Notes: generated by a model from the sequence alone, not told the origin. A DNA stretch of 64,000 bases from Fibrobacterales bacterium (GCA_051532055.1 JAOPTX010000007.1:1-64000); one strand, 5' to 3'; shown: positions 19,988 to 30,801, counted from the first letter of the stretch. Made by a program: numbers and translations.

Positions 19988-20974
19988 TTACTCCCGAAAT
20001 CTTTCTCGAACAGCGGAGATACATTTCTCTGCAAGCCCATGATCATCCAATATACCAATAATTGTTTTAAGATGGACAAAATCAACCTCTGACACCTCAA
20101 GAAGCTGATTAAAGAGCGGCTCAACCAGCTCAGTTTCACCTTTTTTAGTATAAAAATTTATAAGGAGAAGAATAACGGCATAAGAATGTGTCCCTCTGTT
20201 CTCTGCCGCATGCTGTAGTATACTTTCAACCGCATCATATGAGTCCATAGAAAAGAGTTGACTTTCGAGCTCCTTAAATTCTTTTGACGCCTCAACAGGG
20301 CAATGCCAAAGGTATTGTTTCCATGAATCAATTACACCACGCTTATTACCTTCTCTATTATAAATTTCCAGTAAAAGTTTATATCCTGACGGACAATGCG
20401 GTTCACTTTTTAATATAGAACGCACTTGCTTTATGATCGATGGCGGATGAGTAATGTAATTATCTCTACAGAGTCCAATTTTAATACGAGCATCTCGGAA
20501 TGAGTCCGATACTTTTGCAAGCTTAGCATAAGCTTTATAAGCAACCAATGCTTCATCCCAGTTCCCTTGATCTTCATAAATCCCTGAGAGCAGTATTTTA
20601 TACCGGGGGTCTTTTGGGCATTCTTTCGCTTTTTTCTGTATCAGCTGTATCGCCTCATGAAGCTCACCAGCATCTCCCAGAGCTTCAATCAAAGTATCCT
20701 CTACCTTCTTAGATAACTCTTTAGGTATGGAGGGGCGCAATAAAAGATCATTAAGAATACGTATCGCTTTTTTATATTCATTGGTAGACACATAGAGCAT
20801 TGCCAACCGATAATACGCATCAATAATATTAGTATCAATTTTAACACACTGAATAAACGAATCGATTGCCTGTTGTTCATTGCCCTCAATAATTTGATTG
20901 AGGCCAGTGACATAAAACTCATTCGCTGTCTTAGGTGCTTTACTATTATAAAGGATTTCAGTAAAGTTTTTCAC
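19988..20974 (-). CDS. TPR protein, LapB (YciM)-like
   Basis: YVTGLNQII...AIDSF..DAYYRLAMLY...AIRILNDLLLRP resembles the LapB N-terminus; follows lapA-like gene; no C-terminal rubredoxin CxxC pairs. Confidence 0.7.
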   Translation of the reverse strand: MKNFTEILYNSKAPKTANEFYVTGLNQIIEGNEQQAIDSFIQCVKIDTNIIDAYYRLAMLYVSTNEYKKAIRILNDLLLRPSIPKELSKKVEDTLIEALGDAGELHEAIQLIQKKAKECPKDPRYKILLSGIYEDQGNWDEALVAYKAYAKLAKVSDSFRDARIKIGLCRDNYITHPPSIIKQVRSILKSEPHCPSGYKLLLEIYNREGNKRGVIDSWKQYLWHCPVEASKEFKELESQLFSMDSYDAVESILQHAAENRGTHSYAVILLLINFYTKKGETELVEPLFNQLLEVSEVDFVHLKTIIGILDDHGLAEKCISAVRERFRE

Positions 20975-20977
20975 AAT

Positions 20978-21343
20978 TTACCCCTCTTCAGTTAAGATAG
21001 GATCACCATCCTCTTCGTCTTCCAAGACTTGGTTACGATACTGAGCCAGTTCATCCATAAGCTCTTTTATCTCTTTATCTTTAGTCTTGATAATTTTACG
21101 ACGATTCAAGAGAGCCTTAAACGCAATAAGCATCCAACTAAAAATACCAAGAAGGTAACAGATAAACAGCCAGACACCAACAGCAAAAGAGAACTCCGTA
21201 CCGAGGAGCTCAATCAACAATGGACGGGATAATCTATCTGAATTTGAAAAAAGAAATACAACAATAAAAGCAATAAGTACGACGGTTACAACCGAACGGA
21301 CATTAATTGAAAAAATATTAACTTTTCTTCGTTCTTTACGCAT
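20978..21343 (-). CDS. LapA (DUF1049)-like membrane protein
   Basis: Two TM segments followed by a basic coiled coil; upstream of LapB-like gene. Confidence 0.75.
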   Translation of the reverse strand: MRKERRKVNIFSINVRSVVTVVLIAFIVVFLFSNSDRLSRPLLIELLGTEFSFAVGVWLFICYLLGIFSWMLIAFKALLNRRKIIKTKDKEIKELMDELAQYRNQVLEDEEDGDPILTEEG

Positions 21344-21386
21344 TGAGAAACTCCTGATAGAGGTACCGGAAAAGGCACCATATGAG

Positions 21387-22778
21387 CTATACTATAACAA
21401 TCTCAGGCTGAGTTGACAATGCTTCACCGCGTAAAGTCCAACCATTGATATCATTTATTTGAGCAGATATGATTTGACCCGGCTCAACACCAATACTTGA
21501 TTCTTCTGAGAGAATCACTTTTTTAAAGCACTCAGTCTTCCCGATCATTTCATTAGGGTTTTTATGAGAAGCACCTTCAATGAGGATCTTCTTTTTTTCA
21601 CCCAGAAGTAATTTTGTACGCTCCATTGTAATGCTGTTTTGAAGTTCAATCAATCGCTGCAATCGTTCTTGTTTTAATGCTTCGGATACCGTATCCTCCA
21701 TAGTATAAGCCTTGGTCCCCTTCCGTGGAGAGTAAGCAAACATAAACGCACTATCAAATTCAATCTCTCGAACAAGGGAGAGGGTTTCTTGATAATCTAC
21801 CTCAGTTTCTTCGACAAATCCAACAATAATGTCTGTTGTTATGGCAAAGAGAGGGTCAATTTTTCTTAATTTTTCTGTAATAAGGAGAAAATCTTCACGA
21901 GTATACTGACGCTTCATCTTTTTTAAAAGGGTGGAAGAACCCGACTGAAGAGGAAGATGAACATGATTACTTATTTGTGGAACATTGCCCATTAGCCAGA
22001 TTAGTTCATCGGTAAAATGCTTCGGATGAGGTGATGTAAAACGTACGCGCTCAATCCCCTCTACCTGACTCACCTTGTACAGTAAATTTGCAAAGTTTGT
22101 CCCCTCATATTTGTATGAGTTTACCGTCTGACCGAGAAGTGAAACCTCTTTAATGCCACTATCAACAGCCATGGTTACTTCATCAAGAATATCACCTGCT
22201 GACCGGTTTTTTTCGTGCCCGCGCACATAGGGGACGATACAATATGAACAGTGTTTATTACACCCTCGCTGAATAGCTACGAAAGATGAAACAGGAGACT
22301 CCAAACGAGCATGCAGCCCTTCGTAGTTCTCACCTTCATCAAAATCAGTACTCACCACAGGGGCGCTCTTCTTCGGTCTTTTCGATTTTTTCGGCTTTTC
22401 GATCGGCTCTGCAACAATAGTTTCTGAGTCTTTTGCAATAATGGTTTCAAGCTCTTTATAGTTATCAGGGCCGAGAATGTAATCCACATGCCCAAGAGAA
22501 GTGGGAATATCCTCTTCTCGATTTTTAGCCATACAGCCCACAACAGCAATTTTAAGTTTTTTGTTGCTTTGCTTGAGTGGCTTAAGCTGCATTATACGCG
22601 CATAAGCCGTATCCTCAGCTTTTTCTCTAATTGAACAGGTATTAACAACAATATAATCTGCTTGATCTACCTCTTGAGCTTCCGAAAATCCACGTTTCTC
22701 AAGCATTCCTGCAATAACACTGGAATCATATACATTCATTTGACAGCCATAGGTGGCTATATGGTATTTAGCAGACAT
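21387..22778 (-). CDS. miaB: tRNA-2-methylthio-N6-dimethylallyladenosine synthase
   Basis: TYGCQMN, NTCSIREKAE, GCNKHCSYCIVP, RFTSPHP, TRAM domain. Confidence 0.96.
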   Translation of the reverse strand: MSAKYHIATYGCQMNVYDSSVIAGMLEKRGFSEAQEVDQADYIVVNTCSIREKAEDTAYARIMQLKPLKQSNKKLKIAVVGCMAKNREEDIPTSLGHVDYILGPDNYKELETIIAKDSETIVAEPIEKPKKSKRPKKSAPVVSTDFDEGENYEGLHARLESPVSSFVAIQRGCNKHCSYCIVPYVRGHEKNRSAGDILDEVTMAVDSGIKEVSLLGQTVNSYKYEGTNFANLLYKVSQVEGIERVRFTSPHPKHFTDELIWLMGNVPQISNHVHLPLQSGSSTLLKKMKRQYTREDFLLITEKLRKIDPLFAITTDIIVGFVEETEVDYQETLSLVREIEFDSAFMFAYSPRKGTKAYTMEDTVSEALKQERLQRLIELQNSITMERTKLLLGEKKKILIEGASHKNPNEMIGKTECFKKVILSEESSIGVEPGQIISAQINDINGWTLRGEALSTQPEIVIV

Positions 22779-22947
22779 GGTAACCTGATTTGAGAGGTGA
22801 GGTCAAAGGTAGAAAATTCGTTCTTTGATCGACACAGGTAATTAAGAATTTACAAAGGTGTGACCAGCGCCCAAAAAACCTCTTTTACATCATTTCAATA
22901 CCAAATTGGGGGGAATTATACTAAAACAACCTCAATTACAGACAAAT

Positions 22948-23610
22948 CTATGCAAGTTTAATTGTAGGGATCAGGTCAGAAAGCTGCGCAAATGAATCAA
23001 CAGTGTAGTCAGGATTTAAAGCTAAAAGGCGATCTTTTGCTGTTATTCCATCTAGAATGGCAATCGATGTCACCCCTATATCCTGAGTAACTGCTACATC
23101 CGGTATTCCATCACCTATCATGACAGTCTGATCCGCCGTCACCCCAAGTTCTTGCATGATATGGAGTAACCCTTCCGGATCTGGCTTTCGAGTAGCAAAC
23201 GTGTCACCACCAACAACTATTTTAAAATAATCCATGAGCCCAAGATGTTTTAAAATATCAAGGCTCGGCTCATAAGTTTTATTAGTGAGAACTGCTTTAG
23301 GAATATGCTTATACTCTTCTAACAGCTCACGAACGCCATCATATGCATATGTCGTATCACAACAATGATTGACATAAAACTCATGAAATATAGCATAAGC
23401 CTCATCGACTCGGTCACTCGCATCACTTGGCATGCAGCGAGTCAGCAACATTTTCACTCCATCGCCAACAGCATAACGAACTTCATCCATTGTCTTTTGA
23501 GGCATATTGAGAGTTTTTAAGGTGTGATTTAATGCTAATTCCAAATCACCAAGGCTATCTATCAATGTTCCATCAAGATCAAATACAAAGAGAGCGATAT
23601 TTTTTTTCAT
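22948..23610 (-). CDS. HAD hydrolase, phosphoglycolate phosphatase-like
   Basis: FDLDGTLIDS, LTNK, KPDP, IGD...D. Confidence 0.9.
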   Translation of the reverse strand: MKKNIALFVFDLDGTLIDSLGDLELALNHTLKTLNMPQKTMDEVRYAVGDGVKMLLTRCMPSDASDRVDEAYAIFHEFYVNHCCDTTYAYDGVRELLEEYKHIPKAVLTNKTYEPSLDILKHLGLMDYFKIVVGGDTFATRKPDPEGLLHIMQELGVTADQTVMIGDGIPDVAVTQDIGVTSIAILDGITAKDRLLALNPDYTVDSFAQLSDLIPTIKLA

Positions 23611-23692
23611 ACAAATTATTACTTTTTAATCCACAGTACAGAGTGTACCCGCTGCAGCATGATTCTTAGACCAATTCAAAAGGTAAAAAAAA

Positions 23693-24418
23693 ATGAGTGA
23701 AACCGCCCTGTTATCATTTCACGATATTACTATTAACAACTTTAACACCGTTGACACATTCCTTAATTCTATTGGGCAAGAAGGCGAGTACCCTTGTGCA
23801 CTTCTTATTACACCATTCGTAGATGAGAACGCTGACCCCGACACCACAACCCACTTTGCTCGATGGATTGGGCATCGACACTCCATCGGTCATGAAATTT
23901 TTATTCATGGTTACACCCATACTGCAGATCCTCATTTAAAAAGAACCCTCTGGGGACGACTTAAAAACAAAATCAATAATCACGAAGCTGAATTTGCAGG
24001 TCTCGATTCTGACGACACCACCAGAGTGTTGATGCGATCACTTGCCGCCTACACTAAACTGCACAGGGGCCCAGTCTCAGGCTTTGTTCCACCAACATGG
24101 TTTGACTCAACAACTCTCAAACAGGAGTGCTTTAACTCCAGCCTTCCTATCTATGAATCCCGATTCGCACTGCACAGCCTTGAAGGGGCCACCATAAAAA
24201 CATCACCAATAAGTTGGTTTAAACATCCCATTCTCTTTTTTCTTGGTGTACTCTATATTCACCTTCGGTTGCTACTACCTACTCATCGCCCATTAAGAAT
24301 CGCCCTCCACCCTCAAGACATTGAAACAGATTGGAAGTTGAACTCAGTTCGATCTCTACTAAAATCAGTGGGCAAAAAGTGTGGCTTTAGCAACTATAGC
24401 TCTCTATTCAGTAGATAA
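23693..24418 (+). CDS. DUF2334 / polysaccharide deacetylase-like protein
   Basis: SFHDI, GHEIFIHGYTH, EAEF, GFVPPTW, RIALHPQD. Confidence 0.85.
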   Translation: MSETALLSFHDITINNFNTVDTFLNSIGQEGEYPCALLITPFVDENADPDTTTHFARWIGHRHSIGHEIFIHGYTHTADPHLKRTLWGRLKNKINNHEAEFAGLDSDDTTRVLMRSLAAYTKLHRGPVSGFVPPTWFDSTTLKQECFNSSLPIYESRFALHSLEGATIKTSPISWFKHPILFFLGVLYIHLRLLLPTHRPLRIALHPQDIETDWKLNSVRSLLKSVGKKCGFSNYSSLFSR

Positions 24419-24480
24419 TAGCGGACTGATCAGAAAACAATTTACTACTTTTGACCTACAAACATAGAACAGGTGGAATT

Positions 24481-25149
24481 GTGATCAGTTTCTTAAAAGA
24501 TGAAAATGAAAAAGAGGAAAAAACAGGACTCTCTGACCTCATTCTTTTTCTCGTAATTATCGCTCTTGGTGTAGGCGGATACTTCTATTTTAGCCATGCC
24601 GAAGAGGAAACTCTTGTAGACTATGCAGCTGCAGAGAAGCTCTTCGTAGAAAAAAAATACCCTGAAGCATTTGATGCGTACAGCTCCCTTATGGATGCCT
24701 CATGGAGTACCGACTCACTGGATAACGTCATATATCGCAATGGACAAATCCTCGATCTAATAGCCTACCCACCAGAAAATGTTTCACCAAAAGACTCGAT
24801 TGAAAAACAATGGCAAGTATTTGAAACTCTGAGTGCCCAGTACATCAAAGATACTACTACTTTTATTATCAATTTTAAGCGCCCCGAAAACATATCATTC
24901 CTTAGGCATGACCAATTTATTACAATAAAACAGTGGGAAGCGGCGCAACAAAAACGCCTGAATCAACATTCTCTATATACTCTATCGGACTCTCTCTGGA
25001 GTGCAGGAGCATCACAGTGGACATCAAAAGATACTGCCACTTTTACCATCGCACTCGACAGCATCAACACTGGGGAATACCTTACAAGCCTTCAAAATAC
25101 TCAGCTTTCTGAATGGAAGAATACTCTCACTCCAGCCATGGAAGAGTAA
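24481..25149 (+). CDS. Hypothetical single-pass membrane protein
   Basis: GTG start after AGGTGG SD; one TM helix then a helical domain; followed by a terminator. Confidence 0.7.
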   Translation: MISFLKDENEKEEKTGLSDLILFLVIIALGVGGYFYFSHAEEETLVDYAAAEKLFVEKKYPEAFDAYSSLMDASWSTDSLDNVIYRNGQILDLIAYPPENVSPKDSIEKQWQVFETLSAQYIKDTTTFIINFKRPENISFLRHDQFITIKQWEAAQQKRLNQHSLYTLSDSLWSAGASQWTSKDTATFTIALDSINTGEYLTSLQNTQLSEWKNTLTPAMEE

Positions 25150-25179
25150 CCACTCCCAATACAATAATTCAAATAACAT

Positions 25180-25206
25180 AAAAGCGCCCCTCAACGGGGC
25201 GCTTTT
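25180..25206. terminator. Bidirectional intrinsic terminator
   Basis: aaaagcgcccc-tcaac-ggggcgctttt between convergent genes. Confidence 0.88.
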
Positions 25207-25282
25207 ATGTTATTCTCATATACTTTGTAGCATCACCTGAACACCTCAAAACATTTAACCCAAGAAACAATTTAGAGTAACT

Positions 25283-25780
25283 CTAAAGAGAATCCATAAA
25301 CTCTTTAATTTCAGGACGTGAGTTTTTGATGATAGGTGCGTAGTTGTAATAAAGAAGGCTCACAATATTTTTGGGGTCATTAAGCCAGTTAAGATAGATC
25401 TTCTGCTTAGACTGGCCGTTCTCTAACACTAATACTTTATTGAAAGCTTTCAAAATAAATTGATAGCTCGATACCTCGGTTAACAAATATTTATCCCAAC
25501 CATCTGTAAGAAGCTTAAAACCACGCTTAATGAAAAGGTGTTTCTCACTCATAGTCAGGTAACAGATACGTGTTAAAAAATAGTAGGGAATAAAAACTAG
25601 AATGTAGAGACTGTACAGACTCAATACACTCCAATAAAATGGCATAAGTGAGTCTGTAACCCCACCTTTCACAAAGATATATCCCGTTAACCCCGAAAGA
25701 AGTACCATCGGATAAAAAAGACGCAAAAAAAAGAGCATCTTTCTTGGGCGATAGACTTTTATCTCAAGTTCACCGAGCAT
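25283..25780 (-). CDS. Hypothetical membrane protein (2 TM plus possible PH-like domain)
   Basis: Two hydrophobic segments then a beta-rich region; upstream CTATATT element. Confidence 0.6.
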   Translation of the reverse strand: MLGELEIKVYRPRKMLFFLRLFYPMVLLSGLTGYIFVKGGVTDSLMPFYWSVLSLYSLYILVFIPYYFLTRICYLTMSEKHLFIKRGFKLLTDGWDKYLLTEVSSYQFILKAFNKVLVLENGQSKQKIYLNWLNDPKNIVSLLYYNYAPIIKNSRPEIKEFMDSL

Positions 25781-25957
25781 AGTTATGAAACCCTGGCAGG
25801 TATTAAATTATCAGATTTGGAATATAGTTAAATAGTATATTCGATTCCTTTAAATTATCTCTCTTTCCAATGATATTTTCACAAAATGAACACCTATCAT
25901 CATTTTATCAACATTAATTTTCCTATTGGCCCACTACAACCAACATTCTATTAACAT

Positions 25958-27415
25958 TTATTGCACTAGAAGCTCATCCTCAAGAATAAGTGAAATCGGT
26001 CCAAAATCGTCAAGCGACACGGCATGCTCCTCGTCACGAAGAGTGATTTCATCTTTAGGTCCTACTAGAGTGATTATCATTTTTTCAGGATTAAAATACC
26101 TTTTCGCAGCATCCTGAACTTCTTTTTTAGTGAGCGACTGAATTTTAGAAACATACTGCTCCATATGAGTAGAATCTCGACCATACTTCTCAGACATTAC
26201 AAAGAAATCCACACTATTCTCTGGAGTATCAAATATGCTCGGAATGCTTTGTACAAAGTAATCCTTTGCTCTTTGAAGCTCAGCGTCGCTCATCCCCTCA
26301 TCAATAAATTTATGTAACTCCTGAAAACATAATTTAAGCGCATATGCCGCCGTTGCATTTTTTGTTTGAAGCGCAACTCCACTTGTTTTTTGAAAATTAT
26401 AACTGCTTCCAGTAAACGAACGAACGGTATAAGCAAGCCCCTCATCAGTTCGAATCTTTGACACAAGCCGTGAAGTGAACCCACCACTTCCCAATATATA
26501 AGAAGCCACTGTAGCGGCATAATAATCAGGGTGAGGGCGCTTTATAAACGGTTGCCCTATGCGAATATGAGTCTGGGAGACCTTTTTATCAACAATATAA
26601 ACGCCCGGTTCAGCGACAACCTGGGGTTCGGCAATTTTTGGCAATTTTCGTGAATTCACCACCCATTTTGAAAAATAACCCTCTAAATATGCCAATACTT
26701 CTTTAGTTTCGAAGTCTCCAGCAATTCCCATAATAAGATGCTGAGGGTTAAAACGGCCCGATACATTTGCCAATATTGCATTTCGGGTAACTTCAGCTAC
26801 AGCAGCTTCAGTCACATCCCAATTAAGAGGATGCTCACCATAAAGTACATGACTATAGAGAGCTCGAGAAACCGAGGCAGGGTGGTCATATTGATGCTGT
26901 ATATTTTGAATATACTGCTCTTTGGTCTGACTTAAACGCTTTGCATCTATCCCAGGACTCAAAAACATATCACGCGTTAAGTCAAGAACTGAATAAAGGT
27001 CTTTCGAAACAACATCAAGTTGAATTGACGACTCATAATCTGAAAGACCACCTGAAACTTGGGCGGAGACAAAATCAAGAACCGCATCGACACTATCTGC
27101 AGATATCGAGGCCGTCCCACCTCTGCGATACATTGATGAGAGGAGCATACGAGTAGCGACATGGGAAAGTGAATCTGAGTAGTTATTCTCTTTGAAAGTA
27201 AAATTAACCGACACAAGAGGAAGTCCCTTTTGGGGATACAAATATACAGGGATACCATTTGAAAGTACATGACGGTACTCCATAGGGTTAGGAGCGCTAT
27301 ATTCCATACTTGGATACGTTAGCTCAGAATAATGCGACACAATATCGGATTGATCTGTTTTATGAGATGCACAGCCCATTATTATAAATATTGATCCTAA
27401 TAGAAGCTTCTTCAC
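25958..27415 (-). CDS. M16B peptidase, non-catalytic (alpha-like) subunit, lipoprotein
   Basis: IMGC lipobox; no HxxEH; ILGSGGFTSRL..IRTDEGLAY. Confidence 0.88.
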   Translation of the reverse strand: MKKLLLGSIFIIMGCASHKTDQSDIVSHYSELTYPSMEYSAPNPMEYRHVLSNGIPVYLYPQKGLPLVSVNFTFKENNYSDSLSHVATRMLLSSMYRRGGTASISADSVDAVLDFVSAQVSGGLSDYESSIQLDVVSKDLYSVLDLTRDMFLSPGIDAKRLSQTKEQYIQNIQHQYDHPASVSRALYSHVLYGEHPLNWDVTEAAVAEVTRNAILANVSGRFNPQHLIMGIAGDFETKEVLAYLEGYFSKWVVNSRKLPKIAEPQVVAEPGVYIVDKKVSQTHIRIGQPFIKRPHPDYYAATVASYILGSGGFTSRLVSKIRTDEGLAYTVRSFTGSSYNFQKTSGVALQTKNATAAYALKLCFQELHKFIDEGMSDAELQRAKDYFVQSIPSIFDTPENSVDFFVMSEKYGRDSTHMEQYVSKIQSLTKKEVQDAAKRYFNPEKMIITLVGPKDEITLRDEEHAVSLDDFGPISLILEDELLVQ

Positions 27416-28872
27416 TCCATATCCTCCTTTGACTTATTAAGCAACACACCAACAGTAGACTGTGCCTTAATAAAATATCGTTTTGCCGCCTCTTGAACCT
27501 GTTGAGCCGTTACTTTACTTACTGATTCGGGAAAAGAGTTAATAAGCTCCCATCCTCCATACATTTCGAGAAAGGCCAATTGAGTCGCCACATGCTCTAC
27601 ATTCTTAAGAGAACGTGCTGAACGCGCATAGACCTGATTTTTTACCTTTTGTAACTCATATTCGCTAATGGGTTCGTCCTGAAGTCGTTTGAGTTCTTTC
27701 CATACAAGCTTTTCGACTTGGGTATGATCAATTCCCGTCTTAAGGCCCACCTCAACCTCAAATGAGCTGGTAAATTTCTTAACAGCATTCCCCGCTTTCA
27801 CTGACGTCGCAACCCCTTGCGTGAGTACCAACTCTTTGTAGAGCCTACCTGATTTACCCGAAAGAACCCCTTCTATAATATCCAATGCATAAATATCTTC
27901 ATGGCCCACTTCAGGAGTATGAAAGAGCAGATCATACCGCGGCTGTGCATCATCTTTAATTTGAGTGAGACGTTTCTCTCCTACCTGCTCTGGCTCACGG
28001 ATCGTAATTTCCTCATGCTCTTTGCCACGAGGCAGTCCATCAAAATATTTTTTTATAAGGGGGAGTACCTTCTCGGACGAAAAATCTCCCGCAAGTACAA
28101 GAATGGCATTATTGGGTTTATAATATTGTTCGTAGTGTGCCTGTGCCATCTCTCTCGTATAATGTTCGATATCACTAGCCCATCCAATCGTAGGATTGCG
28201 GTAGGGATGTTCTTCATAAAAAAGCGCTGTCAAACTTTCAAAATAGCGACCAGTTGGCGAGTCATCATACCGCATACGGCGTTCTTCACGAACAACATCG
28301 CGTTCAGGATAAAATTCTCGCAATACGGCATTATACATCCGATCAGCTTCAAGCCACAAATAGAGCTCCAGCTTATTTTGAGGGAGTGTTACAAAGTAAG
28401 CTGTCATAAGATCACTCGTGAAAGCATTGAGTCCAGTACCACCATTTTTAAGATAGGTCTCCCAGAGTTCATCTTTGATAAACAGTTTCCTATGTGCATC
28501 GAGAAGATCAGTGTATGCCTTTTCTTCTTGCGTGTACACAACACTATCTTTAGCGCGTTTAGCGTTATGCATCAATATTCTCACTGAATCTATTTTCTCA
28601 ATGTAAAGCGCATCTTGAATACTATCAGTGATACCAACTTTTTTAGTTCCCTTAAAGAGCATATGCTCGAGCATATGAGCAATACCAGTTTTACCAGGTT
28701 TTTCATGAACTGAGCCAGTGGTATAGAAGAGTCGACAGGCGATAATTGGCGCCTGACTATTCTCATACAGTAGAATGGTCAAACCGTTATCAAGTACCTC
28801 TTTTTTTACGGTGAGGTTAACATTTGAAAATGCCAATGTGGCGAAACTGAGGAGGAGAACAAAAGTCTTCAT
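27412..28872 (-). CDS. M16B zinc peptidase, catalytic subunit
   Basis: GIAHMLEHMLFKGT, NAFTS, ERDVVREERRMR; signal peptide. Confidence 0.93.
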   Translation of the reverse strand: MKTFVLLLSFATLAFSNVNLTVKKEVLDNGLTILLYENSQAPIIACRLFYTTGSVHEKPGKTGIAHMLEHMLFKGTKKVGITDSIQDALYIEKIDSVRILMHNAKRAKDSVVYTQEEKAYTDLLDAHRKLFIKDELWETYLKNGGTGLNAFTSDLMTAYFVTLPQNKLELYLWLEADRMYNAVLREFYPERDVVREERRMRYDDSPTGRYFESLTALFYEEHPYRNPTIGWASDIEHYTREMAQAHYEQYYKPNNAILVLAGDFSSEKVLPLIKKYFDGLPRGKEHEEITIREPEQVGEKRLTQIKDDAQPRYDLLFHTPEVGHEDIYALDIIEGVLSGKSGRLYKELVLTQGVATSVKAGNAVKKFTSSFEVEVGLKTGIDHTQVEKLVWKELKRLQDEPISEYELQKVKNQVYARSARSLKNVEHVATQLAFLEMYGGWELINSFPESVSKVTAQQVQEAAKRYFIKAQSTVGVLLNKSKEDME

Positions 28873-28998
28873 AACAACCTTTCTATAGAGTTCACCGTTT
28901 AATATAGCAAATTACAATCAAGCAGGTGCAGTTTGAGCCGTATCAATGTAGAGTTAAAAAGAGAAGTATCGACCTGAAACTATTATTCTACAAAAAAC

Positions 28999-29026
28999 AA
29001 AAAAGCCCCTCATCAGAGGGGCTTTT
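28999..29026 (-). terminator. Intrinsic terminator after XPB helicase
   Basis: aaaagcccctc-atca-gaggggctttt with T run on the minus strand. Confidence 0.88.
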
Positions 29027-29049
29027 AAATCGTGTTGCAATGCTCAAAA

Positions 29050-30801
29050 CTACTCTTCATCCCAAGAGGTAATTTTATACTCATACCCCTGCTCAGCGAG
29101 GAAGAGCTGACGTTTCATAGCAAACTCCTGCTCTCGTGACTCTTTTGTTACCACACTAAAAAAGTGTGCTTGGCCACCGTTTGCCTTAGGACGTAGTACT
29201 CGTCCAAGACGCTGTGCTTCTTCTTGACGGGACCCAAAGGTACCGGAAATCTGAATCAGTACATTTGCATCGGGAAGGTCAATAGCAAAGTTCCCAACTT
29301 TTGAGACAATCAATTTTTTCTCTTCACCCGTTCTAAACTTTTTATACAGAACATCGCGGTCAGTATTTTTCATCTTACCAGTAATAACCGGTATACCCAA
29401 GACCTCAGCAAGGTCATGGAGCTGTTCCAAATATTGTCCAATAATAAGTACTCGATCCTCCTCACCAGAGAATGTTTCCATAATACTATTTATTACTTCG
29501 TTTTTTCGTTTGTTACACGAGGCAATTTTAATCTTATCTTTCATCTCTGCAACAGCATATTCCATACGTTGGCTTGGATCAAGCTTAATGCGAATCTCTT
29601 CACAGTTTGCTTTTGCGATCCATCCCTGTGCCTCAAGGTTTTTCCACGGAACATCATATTTCTTTGGACCAATGAGAGAGAATACTTCGGTCTCTTTGCC
29701 ATCTTCACGAATAAGAGTTGCAGTAAGCCCCAAACGACGAGTTGCTTGCATTTCCGCGGAAACTCGAAATACTGGAGCGGGAAGTAAGTGTACTTCATCA
29801 TAAATAATGAGGCCCCAATTATTTTTTTCAAAAAGATTAAAGTGAGGATATTCAATTTTGACCACTTCACTTTCAGAGAGGCCTGCAATTTTCTTTTTAT
29901 ATTCCTTCTCGTCCTCTTTCTCTTTTTTAGTCTTTCTTTTACGCTGAGTCAGAATTTGATACGTTGCAATGGTAACATCACCAATCTCTTTTACATCTCC
30001 AGAGTACTCTTTAATATCCGACTCATCCATATCAGTCTTGTCAACAATCTCACGTATCCATTGACGAGCAGATGTTACATTCGGTGAAAGAATCAAAGTC
30101 TTACTTTTAATCAACGCCATCGCTGCAATTCCAACGATTGTTTTACCCGCGCCACAAGGAAGGACGATAACACCTGATCCACCCTTATCATTACCTGAAG
30201 CATAAAACACATCAGCACTCGCTTTTTGATAATCACGAATAACTAAGGGCTCGCCATTTTGTAAAATACGCTCACGAAGGTTGATATTAAGGGGGTCTCC
30301 CAATACATACCCTGCAAGGTCGCGCACAGGAAACCCTAAATTGGTCAACACCATTTTAAGGCGTCCACGAGTTTCAGGACGGACACTAAAACGATTTTCA
30401 TCAATTTTATCAAGTAAAAATGGCTGTACTGATTTATTCAGCCCAACCTCAAAAATAAGACGATCATCATCACTCTCAAGCATAAGACGGTCACCATCTT
30501 TTGCTAAAATAAGTTTCCCATAGCGACCCATATATTCGCCCACTTCAGTAATAACAGGGGCAGGTACTGGGAATTTTGCATACTCTTCGAGACGTGTGAC
30601 AACATCATCAGGCGTTAACCCCGCAGAAGCCGCGTTCCAAAGTGACAAATGCGAAATACGATACGTATGCATATGCTCAGGGCTTTTTACCAGCTCTGTA
30701 AAGGGCGCAATTGAATCTCGCGCCGCAATATAATGCTCATTATCTACTTCAACTAATATCTCTAAATCACTCTGAACAATTAGGGGACCATTTACAACCA
30801 A
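29050..30801 (-). CDS. XPB/Ssl2/RAD25-family DNA helicase
   Basis: GPLIVQSD, ELVKSPEHMHTYRI..LSLWNA, LPCGAGKT, DEVH, GLTATLIRED, QEEAQRLGR. Start refined to TTG at 30801 after GAGG. Confidence 0.93.
   Translation of the reverse strand: MVVNGPLIVQSDLEILVEVDNEHYIAARDSIAPFTELVKSPEHMHTYRISHLSLWNAASAGLTPDDVVTRLEEYAKFPVPAPVITEVGEYMGRYGKLILAKDGDRLMLESDDDRLIFEVGLNKSVQPFLLDKIDENRFSVRPETRGRLKMVLTNLGFPVRDLAGYVLGDPLNINLRERILQNGEPLVIRDYQKASADVFYASGNDKGGSGVIVLPCGAGKTIVGIAAMALIKSKTLILSPNVTSARQWIREIVDKTDMDESDIKEYSGDVKEIGDVTIATYQILTQRKRKTKKEKEDEKEYKKKIAGLSESEVVKIEYPHFNLFEKNNWGLIIYDEVHLLPAPVFRVSAEMQATRRLGLTATLIREDGKETEVFSLIGPKKYDVPWKNLEAQGWIAKANCEEIRIKLDPSQRMEYAVAEMKDKIKIASCNKRKNEVINSIMETFSGEEDRVLIIGQYLEQLHDLAEVLGIPVITGKMKNTDRDVLYKKFRTGEEKKLIVSKVGNFAIDLPDANVLIQISGTFGSRQEEAQRLGRVLRPKANGGQAHFFSVVTKESREQEFAMKRQLFLAEQGYEYKITSWDEE

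Noticed and set aside
15902..20139. Long apparent gene overlaps (argS/rsfS, SPOR/lapB)
   Set aside because: Artefacts of longest-ORF start calling; better downstream starts exist. No frameshift is needed.
27901..28587. 228-aa + strand ORF
   Set aside because: Antisense shadow of the M16 peptidase with no motifs; the same applies to the other nested antisense ORFs in the track.
25958..28872. Active plus inactive M16 peptidase pair as a novel system
   Set aside because: Well-known M16B heterodimer arrangement.
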